Shown: positions 51,931 through 61,871 of the stretch, piece after piece
Layout of the letters: every line of letters starts with the position of its first letter
How positions within the stretch are numbered: position 1 is the stretch's first letter
Origin: Gemmatimonadota bacterium
Lineage (GTDB): Bacteria > Gemmatimonadota > Gemmatimonadetes > Gemmatimonadales > GWC2-71-9
Length of the DNA stretch: 64,000 nt
Direction of reading: 5' to 3'
NCBI GenBank assembly: GCA_003221005.1
Contig: QHTZ01000081.1
Span: 32,001 to 96,000 of the forward strand
Program-made: the position numbers and the translations under genes
Notes under the pieces: generated by a model
Seen by the model: only the letters and a program-made list of their open reading frames with translations
Databases searched by the model: none
What the model was told of the DNA's origin: nothing

Positions 51931-52395
51931 CCTAAGCACGCCGGCCACAGCGACCCTTCCGCGCACCAGCCTTCCGCCGGACGCCTGGCGACCAGCGCCA
52001 CCCTGCACTGTCTCGCAGGATGTGGCCTCGGCGAAGTCTCAGGCGACGCCCTCGGCACCGGTCTCAACCTGTCCAACGGCGCGACGATCGGCCTGGGCCT
52101 GTCGTTCGGCCTCATCGGCGGGTTCGCGCTGGGAATTGTTCCCTACCGGCGGCGCGGTGTGCCGTTCGGCGCAGCGGCTCGTGCAGTCTTGATCACCGAA
52201 GGGATCAGCATCGCCGTCATGGAAGCGGCTGAAGCGGCCGTGGAAGTGTTCGTTCCCGGTTTGATGGCCGCTACGCTCACCCAGACGTTCTATTGGATTG
52301 GCATGGCCGGCGCCCTGATCGCCGGGTTCGTCGCTGCGTGGCCCGTGAACCTTGTGCTCGCTCGACGCGGCGTCAGACACGTCCACGGAAGCTAG
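51931..52395 (+). pseudogene. DUF4396-like membrane protein without start codon
   Basis: ATLHCLAGCGLGEV...SIAVME...GFVAAWPVN in one frame, but no start before 52159. Confidence 0.65.
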
Positions 52396-52599
52396 GCCGA
52401 CATAGGGGAAGACTACCCGTCGGGTGTCTTAGCATCGGTGCGGAAGGGCGAAAACTGCACACGGACGCGTGCGTCGTTATTCCGTGCCCTGAAGGGCCGG
52501 CTCGGCGCGATACGCGTCTTTAAAGACGCACGCCGTTGGCCGAGCCAGCGTTTCAACGCACGGATACACGCCGCGAGACAACACCTACGGAGCTCCACG

Positions 52600-52801
52600 A
52601 TGTCACCGAACGACCCCAAGAAGTTGAGCAGACGCGAAGCCCTGGAGACCCTGGGAGGCGCACTTTCCGAATGGTCAAAATCCCACCACGAACGCGAGCG
52701 ACAACGTCTTCTCGGACGGGACGCAGTACGAGATGGCGACGCTGACCGGAGACACGACCAACGGATACACCGCGACCCTGACGATCAGGATCGCGGTCTG
52801 A
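52600..52801 (+). pseudogene. Remnant of Tat-exported intradiol ring-cleavage dioxygenase-like gene
   Basis: LSRREAL signal joined out of frame to TTNASDNVFSDG...GYTATLTIRIAV*. Confidence 0.55.
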
Positions 52802-52816
52802 CGACTAGCGGCGTGT

Positions 52817-53479
52817 TTACGGCGCGACGATCGTCCCGCGCTTGACGTAGTCCAGCTTGGGGAAGTCGCGCGCCAGGTACGTGTTCCCCTCGGCCTGGAT
52901 GCGACCCTGGCTCGGGCCGCCCCCGCGCGGCGCCCCTTCTCCGTAGCCCGCAAACAACCGGTCTACGACGTTCATTCCCTCCACAACCTTCCCAAAGGGC
53001 GCGAATCCCTGACCGTCGAGCCCGCTGTTGTCGCGATAGTTGATGAAGATCTGCGTCGTGCGAGTGCCGGGGCCGGCGGTCGCGTACGTCACCATCCCGC
53101 GCGCGTTACTCTGCCGCACCGGATCGTCGGGAATGGTCCGCTCACGCCACACCGTGGACACCTTGGGGTCGCCGTGAATGCCGAACTGGGCCATGAACCC
53201 CGAGATCACCCGGAAGAACCGCACGCCGTCGTAGTAGCCGCTCTTCACGAGCGTGTAGAAGCGGTCGGCGCCGCGCGGCGCCCAGTCGCGCCGCACCTCG
53301 ATCACGAAGGTGCCCGCCGTGGTCTCGAAGCGCGCCCGAAATGTCGCCGGAGCCGTCGCGTCCTGAATGGCACCCGAGGAGCTGGCGGCCGCCTGCGCGT
53401 CGGAACGCTGCCCCGCACAAGCGACGCTGAGAAGGGCAAGGACGATCATGACTACAGGACTCCGGACAGGCACGCTCAT
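52817..53479 (-). CDS. Cyclophilin-type peptidylprolyl isomerase, lipoprotein
   Basis: FFRVISGFMAQFG, RTTQIFIN, FAPFGKVVEGM. Confidence 0.93.
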   Translation of the reverse strand: MSVPVRSPVVMIVLALLSVACAGQRSDAQAAASSSGAIQDATAPATFRARFETTAGTFVIEVRRDWAPRGADRFYTLVKSGYYDGVRFFRVISGFMAQFGIHGDPKVSTVWRERTIPDDPVRQSNARGMVTYATAGPGTRTTQIFINYRDNSGLDGQGFAPFGKVVEGMNVVDRLFAGYGEGAPRGGGPSQGRIQAEGNTYLARDFPKLDYVKRGTIVAP

Positions 53480-53531
53480 CGCTCGTTCCTGAAATAGGGG
53501 ACAGAGAACATAATCAAGGCCCGCATGGCGG

Positions 53532-56525
53532 TCAGTTAGTAGTTCCCACGCGCGCGAGGCCAGCGCGCGCGCTGTCCACGAGGGACCGGAACTCCGGATC
53601 GCAGTCCTGGAACAGCTGTACGAACCGCGCGTAGTGCACCGCTGCCGCGGGGCGGTCCCCAAGACGCTCGTACAGCGCGCCGCGGCGCAGGTGGGCGGGT
53701 CCCGCGTAGATCAAGTCGTAGGCAGAGAATCCCTCGAAGCCGCTGAAGAGCGCGATCGCCCGCCGGGCGTCCCCCTCCGCGGCCTCCAGCTCGGCCCGCA
53801 CGTAGCGCGCCCGGGATTGCGAAAACATCGGGGAGTTGAAGTGGTACTCATACCACGTCTCCCCGGTCGTCTGACGGAGCAGCGCGAGCGCTCGCGCGCG
53901 AGCGCCCTCCCGCCGCGCAACCTCGGCCCGGATCTCGAGGCCCAGATCGCGCGGCAGGGCGGCCGCCGTGGGAGGACCGGTCTCCTGTGCGAGCGTGGCA
54001 GCGTACCGCCCCGCCGTGGCCGCGTCGCCGAGGCGCGCACTGATGAGACCCAGCAAGTACGCGCGGAGCAGACCGTGAAAGCCGTCATGCGCACTGAAGA
54101 ACACCGTCAGCTGAGTGGTGGCCGGGATGGCAGAGACGTGGAGCCGCTCGAGCGCGCGCTGGGCTGCTTCGAGCGTGGCGCGCGGCGCCGCAACGATCGG
54201 TGCCAGCTCGAGCAGGGTGCCATACTCGAGGGCGCGCACCGAATCCACTTCCGCCGCGTGCGCCAGCTCGACCCGCGCCTCCGCCAATCTCCCCCGAGCC
54301 AGCGCCAGATACGCCAGGTCCAGATACCCCAGCGCCTGCGCCTCCGTGGACCGCGTCCGCTCGGTGAGCAAGCGCGCCAGCGCGTCCGCGCCGGCCAGGT
54401 CGCCGACGAAGACGGCGACGTCCCACAGGGGCAGCGTGAGGGCCGCATCGCCCGCACGCCCGAGGTCGGCCAGGACGCGCTGCTGCGCCGCCACGTCTCC
54501 GGTCGCGTAGGCACGCAGGGCGCGCATCTCCAGGTCTCGGTCACTGGCCGGGCTGAGTGCGTGGATCGCGCCCACGAGGGAGTCCACGTCCTGCCGGCGG
54601 CCTTCCATCGCCGCGACCCGGGCGAGGTGCACCATGGGCGTGACGACGCCTGGGTCGAAGTACAGGACGCGCTCCCAGGCGGGACGGGATTCCGCGATCG
54701 CGCGACCCAGCAGCGGGCCGTAATGAAACTGGACCTCGCCGAGCTGGATCCACGCCTCGATGTCGTCGGGATACGTCCCGAGGATGCCGCGGTACAGTCC
54801 TTCGGCTTCGAGGCTCGCGCCGCGACGCGTCGCCAACAAGGCCCGCAGCAGCAGGCGGTCGTGATCGGCAAGCCGCCCGCTATGCCGGACCGCCTGTTCC
54901 GCCGCCTCGGACGCGAGCGGCGCCCGCGTGGCCCACTCCGCCGCGACGCTGAGGCGGTAGTACGCGAGCGCGAACGCGGTGTCGAGCGCGATCGCCCGCT
55001 GAAACGCGGTCACGGCGGAATCCGCCCGACCGGCACGGAACGCGGCCTCCCCATCGAGGTAGGCCTTGTACGCGGCAAGCGATGACGTGGTCACGGACGC
55101 CACGCGTGTCACCCGCGCCGACGGACCCCTCGGCACCTCGGCGAGGAGCTGCGTCGCCAGGCCGTCCACGAGCGAGAACAGCTCTCCCCCGCCGCCCTCG
55201 ACCGTGCCGCTCGCGAGCGCAGCGCCGCCGCGCTCGCGGTCGTACACCGACGCCCCGATCCGCACGCGGCCGCCTGCTTCGACGACGTCGCCCAAGACGT
55301 ACAGCCCGGCCCCGAGCCGCGCCGCCACAGTCGCGGCACCGACCGGGTCGAGCGCCCCGCCCCCCGCCCCCGTCCCGCCGCCGCGGCGCTGGGCAGCGCT
55401 CAACACCGCGTGCGGGTCCACCGCCCGCAGGTCTCCCGCCCCGTCGAGGCTCGTGCTCAGCAGGTTGACCATGCCGTCGCCCAGGTAAGCGAAGTCGGGA
55501 CCACCGCGCACCGAGAACGGCAACACGGCGACGAGAGTCGGCGAGCCCGGCCCGGCAGACCGCAGCCGCAATGCAGCCCAGCCGCCGATCAGCACAACCG
55601 CTACGGCAGCGATGATCATGGCGGCGGTCCTGCCGCCGAGCCATCGCGCCGGCTGGCCACGCCATGTCGACCCCGCCTGGCCCGTGGTGCGCATGCCCTC
55701 GAGCGCGCGACGCAGCTCGTCGGCGGATTGCCAGCGGTCCGCGGGGTCTTTCTCGAGGCAGCGCATCACCGCCGCGGCAAGCGCGGGAGGAACCTCGGGA
55801 CGCAGCCGCGCGAGCGAATCGGGGCGGCTCGTCACATGCGCGGCGAGCACGCGCTGCGGCGACTCGCCGGCGAACGGGGGCCGCCCGGCGAGCATCTCGT
55901 AACCCAGCACGCCCGCGGCGTAGATGTCGGAGCGATGGTCGATCTGCGGATCCGCAGCCACCTGCTCCGGGGCCATGTATGCCGGCGTGCCGAGCGCGAT
56001 TCCGGCTGAAGTCAGGCTGGCCCCGCCCGTCGCCTGCGTCAGCGCCTTGGCGACCCCGAAGTCGGTCACGAGGGCGTGCTCGCCCGTGAGCAGCACGTTC
56101 TCGGGCTTGATGTCACGGTGCACGATCTGGTGACGATGGGCATATGCCAGCGCGTCGAGCACGTCGCCCAGGATGCGGACGGCGTCGGGGATGGGCAGCG
56201 GACCCCCCCGGGCGAGCCGCGCGCGCAGGGTCTCGCCCTCGATCAGCGGCATGGTGTAGTACAGCAGCCCACCGCCTTCGCCAGCCGTGAGGACCGGCAC
56301 CACGTGAGGGTGTTGCAGCGACGCCGCAAGCCGGATCTCCTGCCGGAACCGGTCGACGCTCACCGCCGCGCCCAGCTCCGGGGGGAGCACCTTCACAACG
56401 ACCTGGCGACCGAGCCCGCGCTCGTCGGCGACGAACACGCGGCTCATCCCGCCGCCGCCGAACTCACGTTCCACTCGGTAGCGGTCACCGAGAGCACCCT
56501 GAAGGCGGGCCAGAAGGTCGGTCAT
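53532..56525 (-). CDS. Hanks-type Ser/Thr protein kinase with TM, TolB-like and TPR regions
   Basis: GGGGMSRV, VVVK, HRDIKPEN, DFG, GTPAYMAPEQ, AVLPF. Confidence 0.93.
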   Translation of the reverse strand: MTDLLARLQGALGDRYRVEREFGGGGMSRVFVADERGLGRQVVVKVLPPELGAAVSVDRFRQEIRLAASLQHPHVVPVLTAGEGGGLLYYTMPLIEGETLRARLARGGPLPIPDAVRILGDVLDALAYAHRHQIVHRDIKPENVLLTGEHALVTDFGVAKALTQATGGASLTSAGIALGTPAYMAPEQVAADPQIDHRSDIYAAGVLGYEMLAGRPPFAGESPQRVLAAHVTSRPDSLARLRPEVPPALAAAVMRCLEKDPADRWQSADELRRALEGMRTTGQAGSTWRGQPARWLGGRTAAMIIAAVAVVLIGGWAALRLRSAGPGSPTLVAVLPFSVRGGPDFAYLGDGMVNLLSTSLDGAGDLRAVDPHAVLSAAQRRGGGTGAGGGALDPVGAATVAARLGAGLYVLGDVVEAGGRVRIGASVYDRERGGAALASGTVEGGGGELFSLVDGLATQLLAEVPRGPSARVTRVASVTTSSLAAYKAYLDGEAAFRAGRADSAVTAFQRAIALDTAFALAYYRLSVAAEWATRAPLASEAAEQAVRHSGRLADHDRLLLRALLATRRGASLEAEGLYRGILGTYPDDIEAWIQLGEVQFHYGPLLGRAIAESRPAWERVLYFDPGVVTPMVHLARVAAMEGRRQDVDSLVGAIHALSPASDRDLEMRALRAYATGDVAAQQRVLADLGRAGDAALTLPLWDVAVFVGDLAGADALARLLTERTRSTEAQALGYLDLAYLALARGRLAEARVELAHAAEVDSVRALEYGTLLELAPIVAAPRATLEAAQRALERLHVSAIPATTQLTVFFSAHDGFHGLLRAYLLGLISARLGDAATAGRYAATLAQETGPPTAAALPRDLGLEIRAEVARREGARARALALLRQTTGETWYEYHFNSPMFSQSRARYVRAELEAAEGDARRAIALFSGFEGFSAYDLIYAGPAHLRRGALYERLGDRPAAAVHYARFVQLFQDCDPEFRSLVDSARAGLARVGTTN

Positions 56526-56581
56526 GAAGTGCTTAAGATAGGTAGCGCGGCAAGGGGCTGCGCCGCACCTTAGGGCGACCG

Positions 56582-57124
56582 ATGAATTTCGACCTCGACC
56601 TCTCCATCGACGTACTGCGACGCTCGCCCGCCACGCTGCAGACGCTGCTCGACGGCGTGGACGAGTCCTGGGCCCGGGGCACTGAAGGTCCCGACACGTT
56701 CAGTCCGTTCGACGTGGTGGGGCATCTGATCGACGGCGAGGAGACCGATTGGATCCCGCGCGCACGCATCATCCTCGCACAGGGACCGGACGTCCGCTTC
56801 GAGCCGTACGATCGCTTCCGCCACCGGGCGCGTAACAAAGGCCGCTCCCTGGAGTCTCTGCTCGCCGAGTTCGCCCGGTTGCGCGCCGCGAACCTGGAGC
56901 TGCTCCGCTCCTGGAAGCTCACCGCGCGGGAGCTCGACCTCCCGGGGGACCACCCGAGCCAGGGGCGCGTGACACTGCGGCAATTGCTCGCGGCCTGGGT
57001 GGTACACGACCTGGAGCACCTGGCTCAGGTCGCGCGCGTGATGGCGAAGCAATACCGGGACGAGGTCGGTTCCTGGGTACCGTTCCTGCCCGTGCTCACC
57101 GACCACGCCGTGCCTCGCTCGTAA
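56582..57124 (+). CDS. DinB family protein
   Basis: DVVGHL, WVVHDLEH. Confidence 0.85.
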   Translation: MNFDLDLSIDVLRRSPATLQTLLDGVDESWARGTEGPDTFSPFDVVGHLIDGEETDWIPRARIILAQGPDVRFEPYDRFRHRARNKGRSLESLLAEFARLRAANLELLRSWKLTARELDLPGDHPSQGRVTLRQLLAAWVVHDLEHLAQVARVMAKQYRDEVGSWVPFLPVLTDHAVPRS

Positions 57125-57152
57125 GCCTCTGGGGACAATCGGCTCAGCGCCC

Positions 57153-57722
57153 GTGGCCCTCGCTGGCGCGATCCTCGGCTACCACGTCGCGAGCCGCCTG
57201 GCATACGTGATCGGCGTCGGCGTGGCGTTGCGCCGGCAGGAGCGCCATCATGTGTTCACGCGAAACGCCGGCGTCGAGGCTGGGTTCCGCCGCTTCCGCC
57301 GCATCGCCGCAACCCTCATGAACAACGATGCCGTGAGCTTCATCCTGCTGTGCGTCGTGACGCGGCGCACCGGACTCACCGCGCCGCCGCCGGCCCTGCT
57401 CGCCGTCGGCGTGGCGCTCATCCTCGTTGGCGTGGCGATCAAGCTCTGGGCGGCGTGGCGGCTCGGGTCCGCGGCCTACTATTGGCACAACTTCTTCGCG
57501 CCCGACGACCCAGTCGCACCCGATCCCCCGGGCCCCTATCGCTTCCTCAGGAACCCGATGTACACGCTCGGCTACCTGCAGACGTATGGCCTGGCCCTCG
57601 TGTGCGGCTCCCTGCCCGGGCTCGTCGTCGCGACGTTCGACCAGGCCGCCATCCTGACGTTCTATCACTCGGTGGAGAAACCGCACTTCGAATCGCTCAT
57701 CAAGGGGAGACGCGCGTCATGA
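57153..57722 (+). CDS. PEMT/ICMT-type membrane methyltransferase
   Basis: GPYRFLRNPMY, VEKPH. Confidence 0.8.
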   Translation: MALAGAILGYHVASRLAYVIGVGVALRRQERHHVFTRNAGVEAGFRRFRRIAATLMNNDAVSFILLCVVTRRTGLTAPPPALLAVGVALILVGVAIKLWAAWRLGSAAYYWHNFFAPDDPVAPDPPGPYRFLRNPMYTLGYLQTYGLALVCGSLPGLVVATFDQAAILTFYHSVEKPHFESLIKGRRAS

Positions 57723-58642
57723 CCCGGGCAACGGTTGCGCTCCTCGCTCTGGCAACGTTCTCAGGGAAGTCCGTGACCGGACAGGTGGCGACGGCGCCCG
57801 CGCCCGCCGCGCTGCGCGAAGCGCTGTTGAACCGCGACCGCGCCACTTCCGAGGCCGTGCGGCGCGATGGCCTCGCGCGCGGGCTGGCGTCGGCCTTCGA
57901 CTCGGCGGCGCTGTTGCTGCTCGAGGGCGCGCCGCTCGTCGCCGAGCGGGCCGGAGCCATCCGGCTGCTCGAGCAGCGCGCCGAGCTTGCGGCGCTGCGG
58001 GTGCAGTGGCTGCCGCTCGCCGTGCTCGTCTCGCTCGACGGGACGCTGGGTGTGACGTACGGGATGACGACGATCGCCGACGCACCCGCCAGCGACACCA
58101 CCAGGCTGCGGTTCGGCAAGTACATCAGCGTGTGGCGCAGGCGGGACGGAGCCTGGTACCTCGCCGCGCACCTGCAGACCGGGCTGCTCCCGCGCGACGC
58201 CCCTGTGACCGGCGCCGCGCCCTCATCTGCACCGGCCACGGCACAGCTGACGATCGGTCCCGGGGCTCGGTTCGCGGCAGCGGACCGCGCCTTCGCGCGC
58301 ATGGCCGTCGACAGCGGCGCGCCGCCTGCCTTCGCGGCGTTCGCCGCGCCGACCGCCGTCACCTTTGCGGCCACGGGCGACCTGTTGATCGGGCCCGGCG
58401 CGATTCGCGCCCGCATGACGGAGAACCACGCTCACACCAGCTGGTCGTGGGCGCCACTGTTCGCGGGCTCCTCGGCAAACGGCGAGCTCGGCTACACTGT
58501 AGGAGAGGCGACGATCGCCAACACGGAGGGCGAACCCTGGACGTTTTTCGGGAAGTATCTCACCGTCTGGCGCCGCATGGCGGACGGCTCGGTGCGCTTC
58601 GTTGTGGACGGCGGGAACGCGCGCCCGCCAACGTCACATTGA
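57719..58642 (+). CDS. Exported tandem NTF2/DUF4440-like protein
   Basis: Two GxLGxTxG...GKYxxVWRRxxDG repeats. Confidence 0.8.
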   Translation: MTRATVALLALATFSGKSVTGQVATAPAPAALREALLNRDRATSEAVRRDGLARGLASAFDSAALLLLEGAPLVAERAGAIRLLEQRAELAALRVQWLPLAVLVSLDGTLGVTYGMTTIADAPASDTTRLRFGKYISVWRRRDGAWYLAAHLQTGLLPRDAPVTGAAPSSAPATAQLTIGPGARFAAADRAFARMAVDSGAPPAFAAFAAPTAVTFAATGDLLIGPGAIRARMTENHAHTSWSWAPLFAGSSANGELGYTVGEATIANTEGEPWTFFGKYLTVWRRMADGSVRFVVDGGNARPPTSH

Positions 58643-58648
58643 GCACTC

Positions 58649-59152
58649 CTAGGGGTACACCCGTCGCCAGCGCGGCAGCACGCGGCCGATGGTCCACCCG
58701 ACGGCGCCGCCGATGGCCCCGCCGACCGCCACTCCCAGCACCATGTTGCCGCGGCACGTGACCGCATACGACGAACCCGGGCAGAGCTCGCTCTTAGCCG
58801 CGGCGAGCAATCCACCGGCGAGCGCGCCCAGCGCGCCCCCGAGGACCGCCCCTTCAGTTCCGGCCCTCTCTTGGACCCACAGCCGCTTCACCGCCGCGGC
58901 AGGAACTACGTAGTCGACCGGGTAGAGGTACGGGCCCACCATTATCTCCAGACTGTCACAGCGCGTGACTGGCCCGACCTGATCGCCGCGATGGCCGGTG
59001 TTGACTCGCACCAGGATCCCCGGCTTGACCGACTGGCAGATCGGGACCTCCGAGCGCACCACGGCTGAATCCAAGACCTGCGCCGTTCCCGCCGTCGCGC
59101 CGAGCACGAGGGCGAGCAGGGACAGCGGCGCGTGACGCGTCACTCGAGCCAT
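58649..59152 (-). CDS. Hypothetical exported protein with glycine zipper
   Basis: Signal, small beta domain, GxxxG helices. Confidence 0.7.
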   Translation of the reverse strand: MARVTRHAPLSLLALVLGATAGTAQVLDSAVVRSEVPICQSVKPGILVRVNTGHRGDQVGPVTRCDSLEIMVGPYLYPVDYVVPAAAVKRLWVQERAGTEGAVLGGALGALAGGLLAAAKSELCPGSSYAVTCRGNMVLGVAVGGAIGGAVGWTIGRVLPRWRRVYP

Positions 59153-59706
59153 TTCCCAACCTGTGGCAGAGTGAGCCCGAGCGTGAGCGCGAGTCGCGCC
59201 CCGGGGAGTGGGGACACGCCCACGGCAAGTCGCGTCAGCGGCGCCGCCTCCCACGTGTCACGATGGCTCAACGATCCGATGACGAACCCAGCGCCCGCTC
59301 CGATGCCGCCGAACATGACCATGTTGTGCCCGACCGACACTTCCGCGACCTGAAAGCAGTAACCGCTGGGCTTGCAAGAATGCGTCGAGCCTGCGAGGCC
59401 GATGAAGGCTCCGCCGATGGCTCCTGCCAGGAGGCCGATCCCCGTGCCGCGGAGCGTGTCGCGGTGGCGCCCACGGCTGACCTCGAGCGCGCTGACGGCG
59501 GCCCGAGGAAGCGTCTGCGTATAGTGGGACCGATCGAGCTCCAACATGAGCTGGCTGCTGTCGAGGGCGAGGACCGTGCCCACGTAGCGCCGCTCGGCCT
59601 GCACGCGCACCCGCGTGCCGATGGCGACCGCCGTCTGAGCGCCGAGCGCGACACCGTTGCAGAGCACAAGGAGAGCTACAGCGAGCGGGATGCGCCTCTC
59701 GGCCAT
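59140..59706 (-). CDS. Hypothetical exported protein with glycine zipper (likely paralog of neighbour)
   Basis: GTRVRV...LEVSRG...GxxxG helices. Confidence 0.7.
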   Translation of the reverse strand: MAERRIPLAVALLVLCNGVALGAQTAVAIGTRVRVQAERRYVGTVLALDSSQLMLELDRSHYTQTLPRAAVSALEVSRGRHRDTLRGTGIGLLAGAIGGAFIGLAGSTHSCKPSGYCFQVAEVSVGHNMVMFGGIGAGAGFVIGSLSHRDTWEAAPLTRLAVGVSPLPGARLALTLGLTLPQVGKWLE

Positions 59707-59788
59707 ACTGCGGGCCCCGAGTCCCGGTTTCTGAACATGTGAAGTGTGTAGATCCGGCCGCGCGGGCGCCAGGGAGAATTCAAGCGAG

Positions 59789-59820
59789 ATGTTGCGTCGA
59801 CGCAACATGGCGAGTAGCTT
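59789..59820 (+). promoter_or_regulatory. Perfect 20-bp palindrome over putative dinB promoter
   Basis: ATGTTGCGTCGACGCAACAT; TTGCGT-N17-TAGCTT. Confidence 0.55.
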
Positions 59821-59844
59821 CGCACGGCGTCTCATCCCGCGGCC

Positions 59845-60384
59845 ATGCACCGCCAACTGGCCACCCTCGCCCAGGAACTCGCCGACGCCACGGACCGCGC
59901 GCGGCGGCTGGTCCACGGAGTGAACGAGGAAGACTTCCACGCGCGACTGGACCCGTCCCGCTGGTCCATCGCCGAATGCCTGGACCACCTGAGCATCACG
60001 ACGACGGCGTTCTTACCGCTGATCGACGCCGCGCTCGTCGCGGCGAGCTCAGCGGGCGTTGACCCCGATCGTCGCTACCGTCGTGACATTCTCGGGTGGC
60101 TCCTCTCCTGGTCGCTCGAGCCGCCGGCTCGCGTGCGACTCAAGACGACCCCGCGCTTCGTCCCGACCGGCGCCGGGTCGCGGGACGCGGTCATGGCCGA
60201 CTTCGCGCGGCTCCAGGGCGAGCTCGCCCAACGACTCGAACGCTCCTCCGGCCTCGACCTCAACCGCGCACGTGTCATCTCACCCTTCAACGCCCGGCTC
60301 TCCTACAACCTCTACTCCTGCTTCCGGGTGCTGCTCGCCCACGAGCGACGGCATCTGTGTCAGGCCGAGGAGGGGTTGGGCTGA
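59845..60384 (+). CDS. DinB family protein
   Basis: WSIAECLDHL, HERRH. Confidence 0.85.
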   Translation: MHRQLATLAQELADATDRARRLVHGVNEEDFHARLDPSRWSIAECLDHLSITTTAFLPLIDAALVAASSAGVDPDRRYRRDILGWLLSWSLEPPARVRLKTTPRFVPTGAGSRDAVMADFARLQGELAQRLERSSGLDLNRARVISPFNARLSYNLYSCFRVLLAHERRHLCQAEEGLG

Positions 60385-61325
60385 AATGGCCGTTCCTGAA
60401 TGCGACGCTGGCGACGCCGGACGCGAAGCGTAGGATTCCACAGCTGATCAAGGCAGTTGGGTCACATCGTTTACTCGGGAGGCTGACATGTCGCTCGAGG
60501 GCAAACACGCCGTCATCACGGGAGGCTCCCGTGGCATTGGTCGAGGGATTGCGTTGAAACTGGCAGAGAACCGCGTCAAGGTGGGCATCCACTACTACCA
60601 GAACGAGCGTGCTGCCAACGATACGCTTGCCGAGGTCCGCAAGCGCGGCTCCCAGGGTTTCGTCGTGCAAGCGGATATCACACGTCCCGACCAGATCAAG
60701 GCGATGTTCAAGAACGTTCGGGCCGAATTCGGCAAGCTCGACATTTTCGTGAGCAACGCGCGGCCTGAGGTGCCGACCTTTTTCCAGCCACCTCTGGACA
60801 TCACGCTCGAGCAGTGGGATACGGCTTTCGATTCCCAGGCGAAAGCGTTCCTCGTTGGTGTGCGCGAGGCGATTCCACTCATGAGCAACGGCGCTAGGAT
60901 CTTCGCCGTCACGTACGCCGAGGGGAGCCGAACCGGTGGGCTGCAACCCTGGGTCGGGATGGGTTCAGCCAAGGCGGCGCTGGAGTCACTCGTCCGCTAC
61001 TTCGCCGTGACACTGGCCAAGCGCGGCATCACCGTCAACGCGATCAGCCCCGGTTGGACGGAGGACAGCGTGCTGAACACGCTGCCGCAACAGGCACAGG
61101 ATCTCATCAGAAATTGGCACGTCCGCGGGTGGACGCCGGCTGGACGCCTGGGAACGCCGGCGGACATCGGGAACGTTGTGTCGCTCTTTTGCTCGGAACA
61201 GTCAGCCTGGATCACCGGGCAGGTGATCTACGCCGATGGCGGCGCCTCACTCATGAATCCCGGGGTCCCTCCCGAGATACAGCTCGGGTAGCTCGCACGA
61301 GCGACGGCATCTGCGTCAGGCCGAG
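60333..61325. mobile_element. Direct-repeat-bounded insert carrying SDR gene
   Basis: About 35-bp near-identical repeats at 60333-60369 and 61291-61325. Confidence 0.55.
60488..61291 (+). CDS. SDR oxidoreductase (enoyl-ACP reductase FabL-like)
   Basis: TGGSRGIG, MGSAKAALE, NAISPG, WITGQ. Confidence 0.88.
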   Translation: MSLEGKHAVITGGSRGIGRGIALKLAENRVKVGIHYYQNERAANDTLAEVRKRGSQGFVVQADITRPDQIKAMFKNVRAEFGKLDIFVSNARPEVPTFFQPPLDITLEQWDTAFDSQAKAFLVGVREAIPLMSNGARIFAVTYAEGSRTGGLQPWVGMGSAKAALESLVRYFAVTLAKRGITVNAISPGWTEDSVLNTLPQQAQDLIRNWHVRGWTPAGRLGTPADIGNVVSLFCSEQSAWITGQVIYADGGASLMNPGVPPEIQLG

Positions 61326-61332
61326 TCAAAGG

Positions 61333-61782
61333 TCACCGTACGACGACCGGTACCTCCACCCACGCATCGGGAACGAGCAGGTGCCGCACCCGCAGCGTGT
61401 AGTTTCCCGGCGCCGAAGTCACCACCCGCACGTCGTTGCCGGTCACGGATTCCCCCGGGGCGAGCTCGGCGTACATGCTGTAGCCGGCACACATGAAGGC
61501 AGAACCGGCGAGGACGAGATCCCCCCCGGTGTCGAGGCCGCAGATCCGGCTCACGACATCGGTCGACGCGGCATTCTTGTTCACCACGACCGAAACGATG
61601 CGCAGCTGCTCACCCTGAGAAGGCTCTGCGGGAAACAGCTGGACGGTTTGCTCCAACCCCTGAATCGTAGCTTGCGGCGCGCCGGCCGCGGCGGCCGGGG
61701 CAGCCGGATCGCCGGTGCTGCAACCGAGGACCGCGGCGAGCGCTGAGGTAACGGTGATCAGGTGCGTGAGTCTCACAGGCAC
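61333..61782 (-). CDS. Hypothetical lipoprotein, Ig-like
   Basis: VLGC lipobox; LAPGES...PGNYTLRV. Confidence 0.7.
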   Translation of the reverse strand: MPVRLTHLITVTSALAAVLGCSTGDPAAPAAAAGAPQATIQGLEQTVQLFPAEPSQGEQLRIVSVVVNKNAASTDVVSRICGLDTGGDLVLAGSAFMCAGYSMYAELAPGESVTGNDVRVVTSAPGNYTLRVRHLLVPDAWVEVPVVVR

Positions 61783-61871
61783 CCCCTGTTTGAGGTCAGC
61801 GAACGGGCGTTATACCAAAGAGAGTCGCGGCGCATCGGGCAGGTAACTGCGATTCAGGTTGCCGGGCGCCG

